This document shows, in pieces, positions 1 to 10,778 of a DNA stretch of 24,000 nucleotides (its first letter is position 1; each line of letters opens with the position of its first letter). This DNA is from an uncultured Alphaproteobacteria bacterium. GTDB taxonomy: Bacteria > Pseudomonadota > Alphaproteobacteria > Rhizobiales > Kaistiaceae. The position numbers and the translations under genes were made by a program. The notes under the pieces were generated by a model that searched no databases, was not told the DNA's origin, and saw only the letters and a program-made list of their open reading frames with translations. The stretch spans positions 189,437 through 213,436 of the forward strand of contig CAWGKA010000009.1 in the NCBI GenBank assembly GCA_963823045.1. The letters are read 5' to 3'.

Positions 1-128
1 ACGAGCGCGTCGCGGAACTTCATCTCGGCAAGATCGGCGTGAAGCTGACCAAGCTCTCGGAGAAGCAGGCGAAATATATCGGCGTGCCTGTCGATGGGCC
101 GTTCAAGGCCGACCATTATCGCTACTGA
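1..128 (+). CDS. ahcY: Adenosylhomocysteinase, C-terminal fragment (gene begins before the window)
   Basis: Frame 3 reads [41 protein letters not shown], the conserved C-terminus of S-adenosylhomocysteine hydrolase. Stop TGA at 126-128. Confidence 0.93.
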   Translation, partial: ERVAELHLGKIGVKLTKLSEKQAKYIGVPVDGPFKADHYRY

Positions 129-280
129 CGACGGCGGCGGCCTGTGCGCCGCCGTCACCAACCCCACGCGTGGGGTTCATGCCGATTCGCCGAACCGCTA
201 GAGTAGACTGATTCGCGCCCCGCCGTGTCGCGTCGGGCGGGCCCGGATTCATCCTCTGGCAACGGCGGGGGCCTGTTGCG

Positions 281-2770
281 TTGCTTCGGCAGCACGGCAA
301 ATCACAACGATTCGGCGCGACGGTGAGACCGGCGCTCGCCATGGCAATCCTTGCCGGAGCGGCGGCTCTGGCGACGCCGGCGGCGGCGCAAAGCCTGACA
401 TCGGGCGGCCTCGGCGCCGAGGACATCATCATTCTCGCTGCCCTGATCGGCACCGTCTCCTTCGCCGTCATGAGCGCGATCGCACTCATCCGTTCGCGCA
501 ATCGCACCGAGGCGGAGAATGTGCGCCTCCTTGAGGAAACCGCCAATTTGCGCGCCGCCGCGGACCGCGCGGAGAGTCTCCTCAACACCGACGAGCAACG
601 CCTCGTCGTGTGGGAAGCGCCGGGAACCAGCCCCATCGTCGTCGGCGACCTGCCGAAAACCGCCGGCGCGCCGGGCAACCGTGCCGACTTCATCGCCTTC
701 GGCAGTTGGCTCGATTCCGATTCCGCGGCCCAACTCGACCGCGCCATCGACAGACTGCGCGAGCGGGGCGAGGTCTTCGCGCTGCCGCTGACGACGCGGC
801 AGGGCACGGATCTGCACGCCTCCGGACGAACCGCCGGCGGCCGCGCCGCGGTGCGCTTCCGCGACCTCACCGGTGACGCCTTGCGGCTGGCGCGGCTCGA
901 ATCGGTGCATCGTGCCCGTATTGCCGAGCTCGAGGCGATCAAGGCGACGCTCGACGCGGCCGGTCTGCCAAGTTGGATTCGCGATGGCGGCGGCCGGCTG
1001 CTTTGGGTCAACCATGCCTATTGCGAAGCGGTCGAAGCAGAAGACCGGGCCACCGTCATCCAGGACGGCATCGAGCTGATCGACCAGGCCGGGCGCGATG
1101 CCGTGGCCCGCGCCCATCGCGATGCGCCGTCCTTCCACCAGCGCCTCAGCGTCGTTGCGGCGGGAAGCCGGCTCGTCTTCGATATCACCGACGTCGTCAC
1201 TGGAACCGGCAGCGCCGGCATCGCCGTCGACGCCACCGAGATCGAGGCCTCCGAAGGGGCTTTGAAGCGCGTCACAGACTTCCAGGCGCGCACGCTGGAC
1301 CAGCTGGCGACGGCCGTTGCGGTGTTCGGTCCAGACCGCCGGCTGCGCTCCTACAACGCCGCATATCGCGCCTTGTTCGGCCTCGATGCCGGATTCCTCG
1401 ACACCAGCCCGGAGGAAGGCGCCGTCCTCGACCAATTGCGCGCCACGCGCAAACTTCCCGAGCAAGCCGACTTCCGCAGTTGGAAGCATGAGCTTCTGTC
1501 CGCCTATCAGGCGGTCGAGGCGCGGGAATATATGTGGCACCTGCCGGAAGGCCTGACGCTTCGCGTCATCGCCAATCCGCATCCGCATCCGCAGGGCGGC
1601 GTCACCTGGATCTACGAAAACGTCACCGAGCGTCTTGATCTCGAAAGCCGCTACAACGCGCTCATCCGCGTCCAGGGCGAAACGCTCAACCATCTGCGCG
1701 AGGGCGTCGCCGTGTTTGGGTCGGACGGACGCCTTCGCCTGCACAACCCCGCTTTCGCCACGATCTGGGGCCTCGACGAGGCAAAGCTGGAGCAGCACAC
1801 GCATATCGCGGACATCGCTGCAATCTGTCGAACCATGCTGCCGGACGCCAAGGAATGGGACAACCTCACGGCCTCGATCGCCGGCGTCGACGAAAGCCGT
1901 GCGGCCGTTGCCGGCAGGATGGAACTCGCGGGCGACCGCATCATCGATTACGCCACCGTGCCGCTGCCCGAAGGGCAGACCATGGTGACGTTCGTCGATA
2001 TTTCCGACTCGGTGCAGGTCGAACGGGCGCTCACCGAACGCAACGAGGCGCTGGAAGCATCGGATCGGCTGAAGAACGAATTCATCCAGCACGTTTCCTA
2101 TGAGTTGCGTTCGCCGCTCACAAATATCATCGGCTTCACGCAGTTGATGGCCGACGCCAATATCGGGCCGCTGAATCAGCGCCAGCGCGAATATGTCGGG
2201 TACATCATGACATCCGGCCAGTCGCTGCTGACCATCGTCAACGACATCCTGGACCTCGCCACGATCGACGCCGGCATCATGGAACTCGACCTCGCCGAGG
2301 TTGATCTCGTCGATGCCATCGACGCCGCAGTCGAGGGTCTGCGCGACCGCCTGGAAGAGCACCGCATCAAGATCGAAAAGCGCATTTCGCCGGAGGTAGG
2401 CTCACTCATTGCCGACGAGAAGCGTCTGCGCCAGATCCTCTTCAACCTCCTGTCAAACGCCGTCGGCTTCTCGAGCGAAGGCGGCGAGGTGTCGGTCACG
2501 GCGCGCCGGGAGGACGGCAACATCGTCCTCAGTGTCGAAGACGAGGGCGTCGGCATTCCCGACGATTTCATCGGCACGGTGTTCGACCGCTTCGAGTCGC
2601 GGCCAGGCGGCGCGGCCCGCGGCGGCGCCGGACTCGGCCTCGCCATCGTCAAGAGCCTCGTCGAACTCCATGGCGGGACGGTTTCGATTGCCTCGCGCCG
2701 CGACAAGGGGACGACCGTTCGCATTGTCCTGCCGTCGCGACCGCAGCCTGTCGGGATCGCGGCCGAATAG
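281..2770 (+). CDS. divL: DivL-like cell-cycle sensor histidine kinase/pseudokinase (N-terminal TM, PAS-like repeats, DHp + HATPase)
   Basis: Intact ORF; start could be TTG 281, GTG 323 or ATG 341. N-terminal signal/TM segment, PAS-like repeats, DHp box 'EFIQHVSYELRSPLTNIIGFTQLM' and HATPase motifs (NLLSNAVGFS, DEGVGIP, GAGLGLAIVKSLVELHGG). Located downstream of ahcY and upstream of tsaE. Tyr replaces the phosphoacceptor His, as in DivL. Confidence 0.78.
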   Translation: MLRQHGKSQRFGATVRPALAMAILAGAAALATPAAAQSLTSGGLGAEDIIILAALIGTVSFAVMSAIALIRSRNRTEAENVRLLEETANLRAAADRAESLLNTDEQRLVVWEAPGTSPIVVGDLPKTAGAPGNRADFIAFGSWLDSDSAAQLDRAIDRLRERGEVFALPLTTRQGTDLHASGRTAGGRAAVRFRDLTGDALRLARLESVHRARIAELEAIKATLDAAGLPSWIRDGGGRLLWVNHAYCEAVEAEDRATVIQDGIELIDQAGRDAVARAHRDAPSFHQRLSVVAAGSRLVFDITDVVTGTGSAGIAVDATEIEASEGALKRVTDFQARTLDQLATAVAVFGPDRRLRSYNAAYRALFGLDAGFLDTSPEEGAVLDQLRATRKLPEQADFRSWKHELLSAYQAVEAREYMWHLPEGLTLRVIANPHPHPQGGVTWIYENVTERLDLESRYNALIRVQGETLNHLREGVAVFGSDGRLRLHNPAFATIWGLDEAKLEQHTHIADIAAICRTMLPDAKEWDNLTASIAGVDESRAAVAGRMELAGDRIIDYATVPLPEGQTMVTFVDISDSVQVERALTERNEALEASDRLKNEFIQHVSYELRSPLTNIIGFTQLMADANIGPLNQRQREYVGYIMTSGQSLLTIVNDILDLATIDAGIMELDLAEVDLVDAIDAAVEGLRDRLEEHRIKIEKRISPEVGSLIADEKRLRQILFNLLSNAVGFSSEGGEVSVTARREDGNIVLSVEDEGVGIPDDFIGTVFDRFESRPGGAARGGAGLGLAIVKSLVELHGGTVSIASRRDKGTTVRIVLPSRPQPVGIAAE

Positions 2771-2779
2771 GACTGTGCC

Positions 2780-3289
2780 ATGTCCTCCACCGGCGACCAT
2801 GCTTGGCCACTCGTGATCAACCTCGCCGACGAGGCGGTGACGCAGCAGTTCGGCGCGGCCTTGGCGGGCATCCTCGCGATAGGCGATGTCGTCGCCCTTT
2901 CCGGCGAACTCGGTGCCGGAAAGACCAGCCTTGCCCGCGCAATCATCCAGAACCTCGCCGGCGAGGCCATCGATGTGCCCAGCCCGACATTCACGCTGGT
3001 GCAGGACTATCCGGACCTTCCCCTCCCCATCGCCCATTTCGACCTCTACCGCCTGCGCGACCCCGAGGAGTTGACCGAAATCGGCTTCCAGGAGGCAGAG
3101 GATAGGGCTGCAATCCTCGTGGAATGGCCCGATCGCGCCGGTTCCAGGCTCCCGGCGGACGCTCTTACCATCGTCCTGACGCTTGACGGCCGGGGCCGGA
3201 AGGCGGTCCTTTCGGGCGGCGGAAACTGGCGGCAGAGGCTTTATCCGGAAGGCAAAGCGTTTTTCCCTGCATCGCACAGAGGACCATGA
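2780..3289 (+). CDS. tsaE: tRNA threonylcarbamoyladenosine biosynthesis ATPase TsaE
   Basis: P-loop 'LSGELGAGKTSLARAIIQ', 'VPSPTFTLVQDY', 'HFDLYRLRDPEEL', 'AILVEWPDRAG' are typical of TsaE. The C-terminal ~20 aa are atypical. Confidence 0.92.
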   Translation: MSSTGDHAWPLVINLADEAVTQQFGAALAGILAIGDVVALSGELGAGKTSLARAIIQNLAGEAIDVPSPTFTLVQDYPDLPLPIAHFDLYRLRDPEELTEIGFQEAEDRAAILVEWPDRAGSRLPADALTIVLTLDGRGRKAVLSGGGNWRQRLYPEGKAFFPASHRGP

Positions 3290-3379
3290 TGGCTGGGTTC
3301 AGTCCAAGCCCGAGCTTTGCTATGACCGCGGAAGTCGCGATAATGGCGGCGAGGGTTTGACGTTTGCCTCAGGGACTCG

Positions 3380-4096
3380 ATGCCTAAGACTGCCATGGTG
3401 CTGGCTGCCGGACTGGGCAAGCGCATGCGCCCGATCACGGCCAATCTGCCCAAACCGCTGGTGCAGGTGGGCGGACGATCTCTGATCGACCATGCGTTCG
3501 ACCGCCTCGCCGAGGCGCATGTCGAAACCGCCGTTGTCAACGTCCACTATCTCGCCGACCGCATCATCAAGCATGTCCGCGGCCGGCACCGGCCGAAAGT
3601 GCTGATTTCCGATGAGCGCGCGCAGCTCCTCGAAACGGGGGGCGGCGTGGTCAAGGCCCTGCCACTCCTCGGCAAGGATCCGTTCTTCCTACTCAACTCC
3701 GATTCATTCTGGATCGAAGGACCGAAGGCCAATCTGCAGACCCTGGCGGAAGCCTGGGACGGCAAACGGATGGACGCGCTGCTGATGCTGGCGCCGACCG
3801 TGGCGGCGATCGGCTATGACGGCCGCGGTGATTTCTTCATGGATGGCGACGGCCACCTCACGCCGCGGCCGGAGCATGAGGTCGCGCCCTTCGTCTATAC
3901 CGGCGTTGCCATTGTCGACCCGGCCGCGATGTTTGCCGATGCCCCCGAAGGACCGTTTTCCCTGAACCTCCTTATCGACCGCGTCAGCGAGGCCGGCCGT
4001 TTGTTCGGCATGCGAATGGACGGCGTCTGGTTCCATGTCGGCACGCCGGCAGCGATCGACGAGGCCGAGCACGCTCTGATCGTCAACGCCGCCTGA
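3380..4096 (+). CDS. Nucleotidyltransferase, MurU / NDP-sugar pyrophosphorylase-like
   Basis: N-terminal 'AMVLAAGLGKRMRPITANLPKPLVQVGGRSLIDH', 'LLNSDSFWIEG', 'PFVYTGVAIVDPAMF'; typical MurU-like nucleotidyltransferase next to tsaE and addB. Confidence 0.85.
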   Translation: MPKTAMVLAAGLGKRMRPITANLPKPLVQVGGRSLIDHAFDRLAEAHVETAVVNVHYLADRIIKHVRGRHRPKVLISDERAQLLETGGGVVKALPLLGKDPFFLLNSDSFWIEGPKANLQTLAEAWDGKRMDALLMLAPTVAAIGYDGRGDFFMDGDGHLTPRPEHEVAPFVYTGVAIVDPAAMFADAPEGPFSLNLLIDRVSEAGRLFGMRMDGVWFHVGTPAAIDEAEHALIVNAA

Positions 4097-4105
4097 CGCG
4101 CCCTG

Positions 4106-7100
4106 ATGCGGCGCGCCAACGTCTTCTCCATCCCCGCCGGCGCCCCCTTCCTGCCGATCCTCACCGACGCGCTCTTCGCCGGCCGCTTCGGAGCCATCGA
4201 CGAAAGCGACCCAATGGCGCTTGCCGGCGTCACCATCCTGCTGCCGACACGGCGCTCAGCGCGTGAGCTCCGCCGCATGCTGGTCGAGCGGAAGCCCGAG
4301 CGCGCGGCGCTGTTGCCGCGCATCCGGCCGATCGGCGATGTCGACGAGGAGGAGCATCTTCTCGCGGTCTCCAACGAGGACCCCGCCGACCGTCTCGTCC
4401 TGCCGCCTGAAATCTCGCGGCTCGAACGCAGCCTCGTCCTGTCGGAGCTGATCATGGCGTGGGGCCGCGCGCTCCGCTCTTCCGGCGACATGGCCGAAGG
4501 CATGATCCCGGCCTCGGCTGCCGACGCGGTGAAGCTCGCGGGCGATCTCGCCCGGCTGATCGACGACATGGAAACGGCGGGAATCGACTGGGAGGCGCTC
4601 CGAGAGCTGCCGCCGGAGGAATATGCCGGCTACTGGCAGCAGACGCTCGACTTCCTGACGATCGCCGGCGAGGCCTGGCCGCAGCACCTCGCCGAGAATG
4701 CGCGCGCCGATCCGGCGGCGCGGCGCGACCAGCTCGTCCGCGCGGAGGCCGCGCGGCTCGCGGCGACACCGCCTTCGGGTCCGATCATCGCCGCTGGTTC
4801 GACCGGCTCGATCCCGGCGACGGCCGCGCTGTTGAAGGTGATCGCCTCGCTGCCGGATGGCGCGGTCATCCTGCCCGGCCTCGATACGCGGCTCGATGAC
4901 GGAGAGCTGGGAAGCGATCGGCGACCTCGACGCGCCCGAGGCGTCGGCGCCGAGCCATCCGCAATTTGGGCTGAAGCGCCTCATCGCCGAGATCGGCATC
5001 CTCCGCGAGCGACGTCAGGTTCTCGGTTCGGCATCGCCACGCGTCGAAGCGCGTCGCGGCAATCGTCAGCGAAGCGATGCGGCCGGCCGCGACGACCGAG
5101 AGATGGGCCGATGGCGGAACCGGCTCCTGCCGAAGCGTTCGCCGGCGTCGGCCTCATCGAAGCGCGGAACGAGCAAGACGAGGCGCTCGCCATTGCCGTC
5201 GCGCTCCGTCGAGTCCATCGAAACGCCGGACCAGGTCGCGGCGCTGGTGACGCCGGACCGGACGCTGGCGCGACGCGTCGCCGTGGCGCTCCGGCGCTGG
5301 AACATCCGCGTCGACGATTCGGCCGGGCAGCCGCTCGATGCGACGCCTGCCGGCGTCTTCGTCCGCCTCCTCGCCGAGGTCGCCTTCACCGGCGATGCGA
5401 CCGCGATGATGGCGTTGACCAAGCATCCGCTCGCGCGCTTCGGCCGGTCGCGCGCCGAATGCCGCCGCGCCGCCGAGGTACTCGAAGTGGCGATCATGCG
5501 CGGCGCGAGCAGCGCCGGTACGATCGCTTCGCTGCCGCAGCGCCTGGTCGACCTCCATTTCCGCACCGACATGCGCTCCGACAATTTCGTGCCGAAGGCG
5601 CGTCGGCGACTGAGCAAGAAGGACTGGGAGCGAGCCGAGAGCCTGGCCCGCGCCCTGGGCAGCGGCGCTCGGGCCTCTTGAGGCGCTGGGCAGCGAAGGC
5701 GAGGTCTCGGTCGGCGAGGTGACGCGGGCGCTGGCAACGGCGCTCGAAACCGCCGCCGATGGCGGGCGCGGCGAAGGCCTCGCCGTGTGGGACGACCGCG
5801 CCGGCGAAGCGTTGGCGGAGCTCCTTGCCGGATTGATGACAGCGGGGCGGCTCCGGGTCCCGCCGCGCGAATATCCGGCCTTCCTCGCCGCAGCGATGGC
5901 TGGTGTGACCATCGCGCCGGAGATCGGCGTCGACCCGCGTATCCACATCTGGGGCGCGCTCGAGGCACGCCTGCAGACGGCCGATCTGATCATCCTCGCC
6001 GGCCTCGACGAAGGCGTCTGGCCCGGCGAAATCCGCACCGATGCCTGGCTGTCGCGGCGGATGCGGAACGCCATCGGCCTGCCGCCGCCCGAGCGCCGTA
6101 TCGGCCTTGCCGCGCATGACTTCACCCAGGCGATGGCGAATGAACGCGTCATCCTCACCCGCGCCGAACGGCGCGGCGGGACGCCGACGGTGACCTCGCG
6201 CTGGCTCCAACGGCTGGAAGCGATCGCCGGCGAAGAGCGCATGAAGGAGATGCGGTCGCGCGGTACGCGTTTTCTCATGCTTGCGCGCGGGCTCGATGCC
6301 GTGCCGCCTTCCGACGTTCGCCCCGAGGCGCGGCCGGAACCACGGCCGCCGCTGGAAGCTCGGCCGCGCGAGCTTTCGGTGACGTCGATCGAGAACCTCA
6401 TCCGCGATCCGTACTCGGTCTATGCGCGCCGCGTGCTGCAGCTCGAGCCGCTCGACCCGATCGGCCAGCGCGCCGACCCGCGGCTCCGCGGTTCGCTCAT
6501 CCACGACGCCTTCGCCGAGTTCACGAAGGCCTGGAAAGGTCCGTTCGACGACGACGCCCGAGCCGAGCTGCTGCGGCAATGGCGGAAGCAGTTCGAGGAG
6601 ATCGCGGCCTTCCCCGAGGTCCACGCCGTCTGGCTACTGAAGGCCGACTGGATCGCGGACTGGATGATCGACTGGGAGGCCGGACGAGACGACGAGGTTG
6701 CGTCGCGTCACCCCGAGATCGCCGGGAGGTTCGCGTTCGCCTCGATCGGCGGCGCCTTCACGCTCACCGGCCGGGCCGACCGTATCGATATCCTCAAGGA
6801 CGGCCGCGCCTCGATCTACGACTACAAGACCGGCATTCCGCCGACGGCGAAGCAGGTGCTGCGTGTTCCAGCCGCAGCTCGCGCTCGAAGGGGCGATGCT
6901 GCGCGAAGGGGGGTTCGGCGAACCGTTCAAGGGCCGCGCCATCGCCGAGCTCGCGTGGATCGGCCTCGGCCGCATCGGCAAGGACGATCCGATGCGTTCC
7001 GCCGTTGACGGACGAGATGACGGCGGACAGTGTCGCCGAATATGCGCTCGGCTTCCTGCGAAACCTCATCGCGGCCTATGACGACCCGCAGAAGGGCTAT

Positions 7101-7202
7101 GTCAGCCAGGCGCGGCCGATGTTCGAGCGGCGCATCCCGGGCGACTATGACCATCTCGCGCGCGTTTCCGAATGGCGCTACGCGGCGCGGCCGAAGCCAT
7201 GA
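4106..7202 (+). CDS. addB: Double-strand break repair protein AddB, frameshifted at about 7 positions in this sequence
   Basis: AddB-like protein continues across frames 2>0>1>2>0>1>2>0: 'NVFSIPAGAPFLPILTDALFAG...ILLPTRRSARELRR', 'AVILPGLDTRLDD', 'SWEAIGDLDAPEASAPSHPQFGLKRLIAEIGI', 'IHIWGALEARLQTADLIILAGLDEGVWPG', nuclease motif 'ASIYDYKTGIPPTAKQV'. Its stop overlaps the addA start (ATGA at 7199-7202). Confidence 0.85.
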
Positions 7203-10200
7203 CGGCAAGGCGCGAGATCGACCCGACGACGAAGCAGCGCCAGTCCGACGCCTCGGCGCCGAACCGCTCCGCCTGGGTGTCGGCCAATGCCGGCTCGGGC
7301 AAGACGCATGTGCTGGCGCAGCGCGTGGTACGGCTTCTCCTTTCCGGCGCTGATCCCGCCCGCCTCCTCTGCCTCACCTTCACCAAGGCCGCCGCGGCGG
7401 AGATGGCGATCCGCGTCTTCGCACCGGCTGTCGGAATGGGTCGACCAGCAGCGATGCCGAACTCGACGCCAAGCTTGAAGATCTCGAAGGCCGCAAGCCG
7501 ACGGCGGAGATGCGGCGCGCGCGCGCGGCGTCTCTTCGCGCTGGCGCTGGAGACGCCGGGCGGCTTGAAGATCCAGACCGTCCACGCCTTCTGCGAGAGG
7601 CTGCTGCATCAGTTCCCGTTCGAGGCGGGCGTCGCCGGGCATTTCCAGGTGCTGGAGGAGAACGCCGCCGCCGTGCTGATCGCGGACGCGCGGCGCGAGC
7701 TTCTCGGCAAGGCAGCCGCCGACCTCGACAGCCCGCTTGGCGAGGCGCTGCAAACGGTGGTCCTCGCTTCCTCCGACCGCGGCTATGAGGACGCCATCCG
7801 CGAGCTCCTGGAGGATCGCGCCGCCTTCGACCGCTGGATCGCCGATGCCGGATCGTTCGAGGCGGCGCTGGCGCAACTCCGCTCCGCGCTCGGCGTCGAG
7901 GGCGCGCCTTCGCTCGCCGCCGTCGAGGCGCGGATCCTCGGCGAGACCCCGCTCAGCAATGAGGACCTTGCCCGTCTCGTCGCCGAACTGCGGAAGACGA
8001 AAGGAACAAATGACGGCAAGGCTGCGGACCGGCTGGAGCCCTTTTTCCACGCGCCCGACGATGCCGGCCGGCTCGCCGCCTATCGCGACTTCTTCTGCAA
8101 ATCGGATGGCGGCGTGCGGAAGGTGTCGACGCTCGTCACCAACAAGGTGCGCGATGCCTGGCCGGAGATCGACGAACGGCTGACCGCCGAATGCCGCCGT
8201 CTGGAATCGCTGATCGAAATGGCGAATGCGGCCGAGACCTACAGCGTCAGCGCCGCGATGCTGCGCCTCGCCGAGGCGGTGCTGTCCTCCTATGCGCGAG
8301 CGAAGTCGGTCCGCGGCCTCCTCGATTTCGACGATCTCATCGCGCGCACGCTCGATCTGTTGCAGCGCTCGGGCGCGGCGCGCTGGGTGCATTACAAGAT
8401 CGACCAGGGCATCGACCACATCCTCCTCGACGAGGCGCAGGACACGAGCCCCGGCCAGTGGCGCGTGATCAACGCACTCGCCGACGAGTTCTTCGCCGGC
8501 GACAGCGCGCATCAGGGGACGCGAACGCTGTTCGCCGTCGGCGACGAGAAGCAGTCGATCTATTCCTTCCAGGGTGCGGTTCCGGCGTGGTTCAGCCGGG
8601 TCAAGCGTGAGATTTCGGCGAAGGCTGCGGCGGCGGGACAACCCTTCAGCGACATCGAACTCACAGTCTCCTTCCGCTCGACGCCTGACATCGTCGAGCG
8701 CCGTCGACAAGGTGTTCACGCCAGCGCTGGCGCATACCGGGCTTTCGGCCGAACCGAAGGCCCCGGTGCATGAGGCTGTTCGGCGTGGCGAACCCGGCAT
8801 GGTCACGATCTGGCCGATGGAAGAGCCGCCGCAGATGCCGGAGCCCGGCGACTGGGCGGAGCCGCTCGACCATCTCGGCGATTCCGCACCGGAAGTCGTG
8901 CTCGCCAACCGCATCGCCGGTACCATCCGTTCATGGCTCGACAAGCCGGAATGCCTCGAAGCCACGGGCAAGCCGATCACGCCCGGCGGCATTCTCATCC
9001 TGGCGCGGCGGCGCGGACAGCTCTCCGAGGCGATCAATCGCAGCCTCAAGGCGCATGGCGTTCCGGTGGCCGGCGCCGACCGCATCGCCCTCGCCGACCA
9101 CATCGCCGCAAAGGACCTCATCGCGCTCGGCGACGTGGCGCTGCAGGACCGCGACGACCTCTCGCTCGCGACCGTGCTCAGAAGCCCGCTCTTCGGCCTA
9201 TCCGACGAAGCGCTCTACGCGCTCGCCTATGACCGCGGCCATCGCTCGCTGTGGCTGGCGCTGAAGGATGCGTCGGACGCCGAACCCTTCGCCACGCCCT
9301 TCGCGCGACTGAAGCAACTGCGCGCCCGCGCCGACACGGTCGGGCCGTTCGCCTTCTTCGCCGACATACTCGGACCTGGCGGCGGACGGCGGCAATTCGC
9401 CGAGCGCCTCGGCGCTGAGGCAGACGACCTGCTCGACGAATTCCTCGCCCAGGCGCTTGCCTATGAGCGGTTGGAGACGCCCTCGCTGCAAGGCTTCCTC
9501 GGCTGGATCCGGTCGACGGCGACGGAGATCAGGCGCGAGACCGACACCTCGCAGAACGAAGTCCGGGTCATGACCGTCCACGGCGCCAAGGGTCTGGAGG
9601 CCGATGTCGTCTTCCTCATCGACGACGGCTCCGCGCCGGCCTCGGCTGGTCATGATCCGAACTTCCTCATCATGACCGACGATCCCGATGCGGCCGAGCC
9701 TGCGCCCCTCGTCTGGGCGCGCGGCACGAGCAAGAAGCCGGAGCGTGTGCGCGACCTCCTCAGCGCGCACCGGGAGCGCGAGAAGCAGGAATATCGCCGG
9801 CTCCTCTATGTCGGGCTGACGCGGGCGCGCGACCGCCTCTATGTCTGCGGCACGGTCAAGGAGAACACCACTGACAAGACTGGCGGCTGGCACGCTCTCG
9901 TTTCCGCGGCGCTGAGGCCAGAGGCGACCGAGACGAGCGATCGACGGCACGCCGGCATTCGAGTGGCGCGCCGCCGGCACACGGGCCGCGGCTGCTCCGG
10001 CCATGGCGGCGCCAACGGCGCTGACGGCAACGCGACCTCCCGACTGGCTGAAACGCTCAGTCAGCGCGGCGCGGGCGCTCCGGCGCATCACCCCGTCGCA
10101 AGCCTTCACGCCCCCGCCCACCGGGGAGGCGCAGGCCGATTTCGAGGCGCGCCGGCTCGGCGCCGAAGGGGCGCTGCAGCGCGGCCGGCTGATTCATCGC

Positions 10201-10778
10201 CTGCTGGAGGCCCTGCCCGCCCATGATGAAAGCCAGCGCCGCGCGGCAGCGATCCGCTATCTCGAGGCGGTTGCTCCGGCCATGGGCGCGACCGCTCGCG
10301 AAGCGTTGGTCTCGGAGGTCCTCATCGTTCTTGCCGATGCGCGCTTTGCCGCGGTGTTCGCGCCGGGCAGCCAGGCCGAGATCGACATTGCGGCCGAGAT
10401 GGCGACGGGCGACGGCGATGCCTCGCTGTCGGGTCGCATCGACCGCCTGGCGGTGACGGATCACGAAGTCCTGATCGTCGACTACAAGACGAACCGGCCG
10501 GCGCCGCCCAGCCTCGACAAGGTGCCGGAGGCCTATGTGGTTCAGCTGGCGCTCTATGCCCGCGTTCTCGGCCGGCTCTATCCGGAACGACAGATTCGCA
10601 CGGCTTTGCTGTGGACGGATATCCCGGCGCTGATGCCGATTCCCGAGGAGAGGCTGGAAGCCGCCGCCAGGCGCGCGCTCGGCTCCAGCGACAATGGCGG
10701 AACCCCGCCAATTCGGCTCGGGTTGACGCTGACCCGGCGGCTTCCTACCTTTCGGCGACATCAATCGAGGTTTCCTCC
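7199..10778 (+). CDS. addA: Double-strand break repair helicase AddA, frameshifted at 5 or more positions; exact 3' end uncertain
   Basis: Walker A '[43 protein letters not shown]', '[26 protein letters not shown]', '[16 protein letters not shown]', '[20 protein letters not shown]', '[17 protein letters not shown]', nuclease motif '[11 protein letters not shown]'. Segments lie in all three plus frames. Confidence 0.85.

Noticed and set aside
7178-9121. 647-aa minus-strand ORF opposite addA
   Set aside because: Composition is the mirror of the AddA coding strand and no protein family motif is visible; AddA homology is clear on the plus strand.
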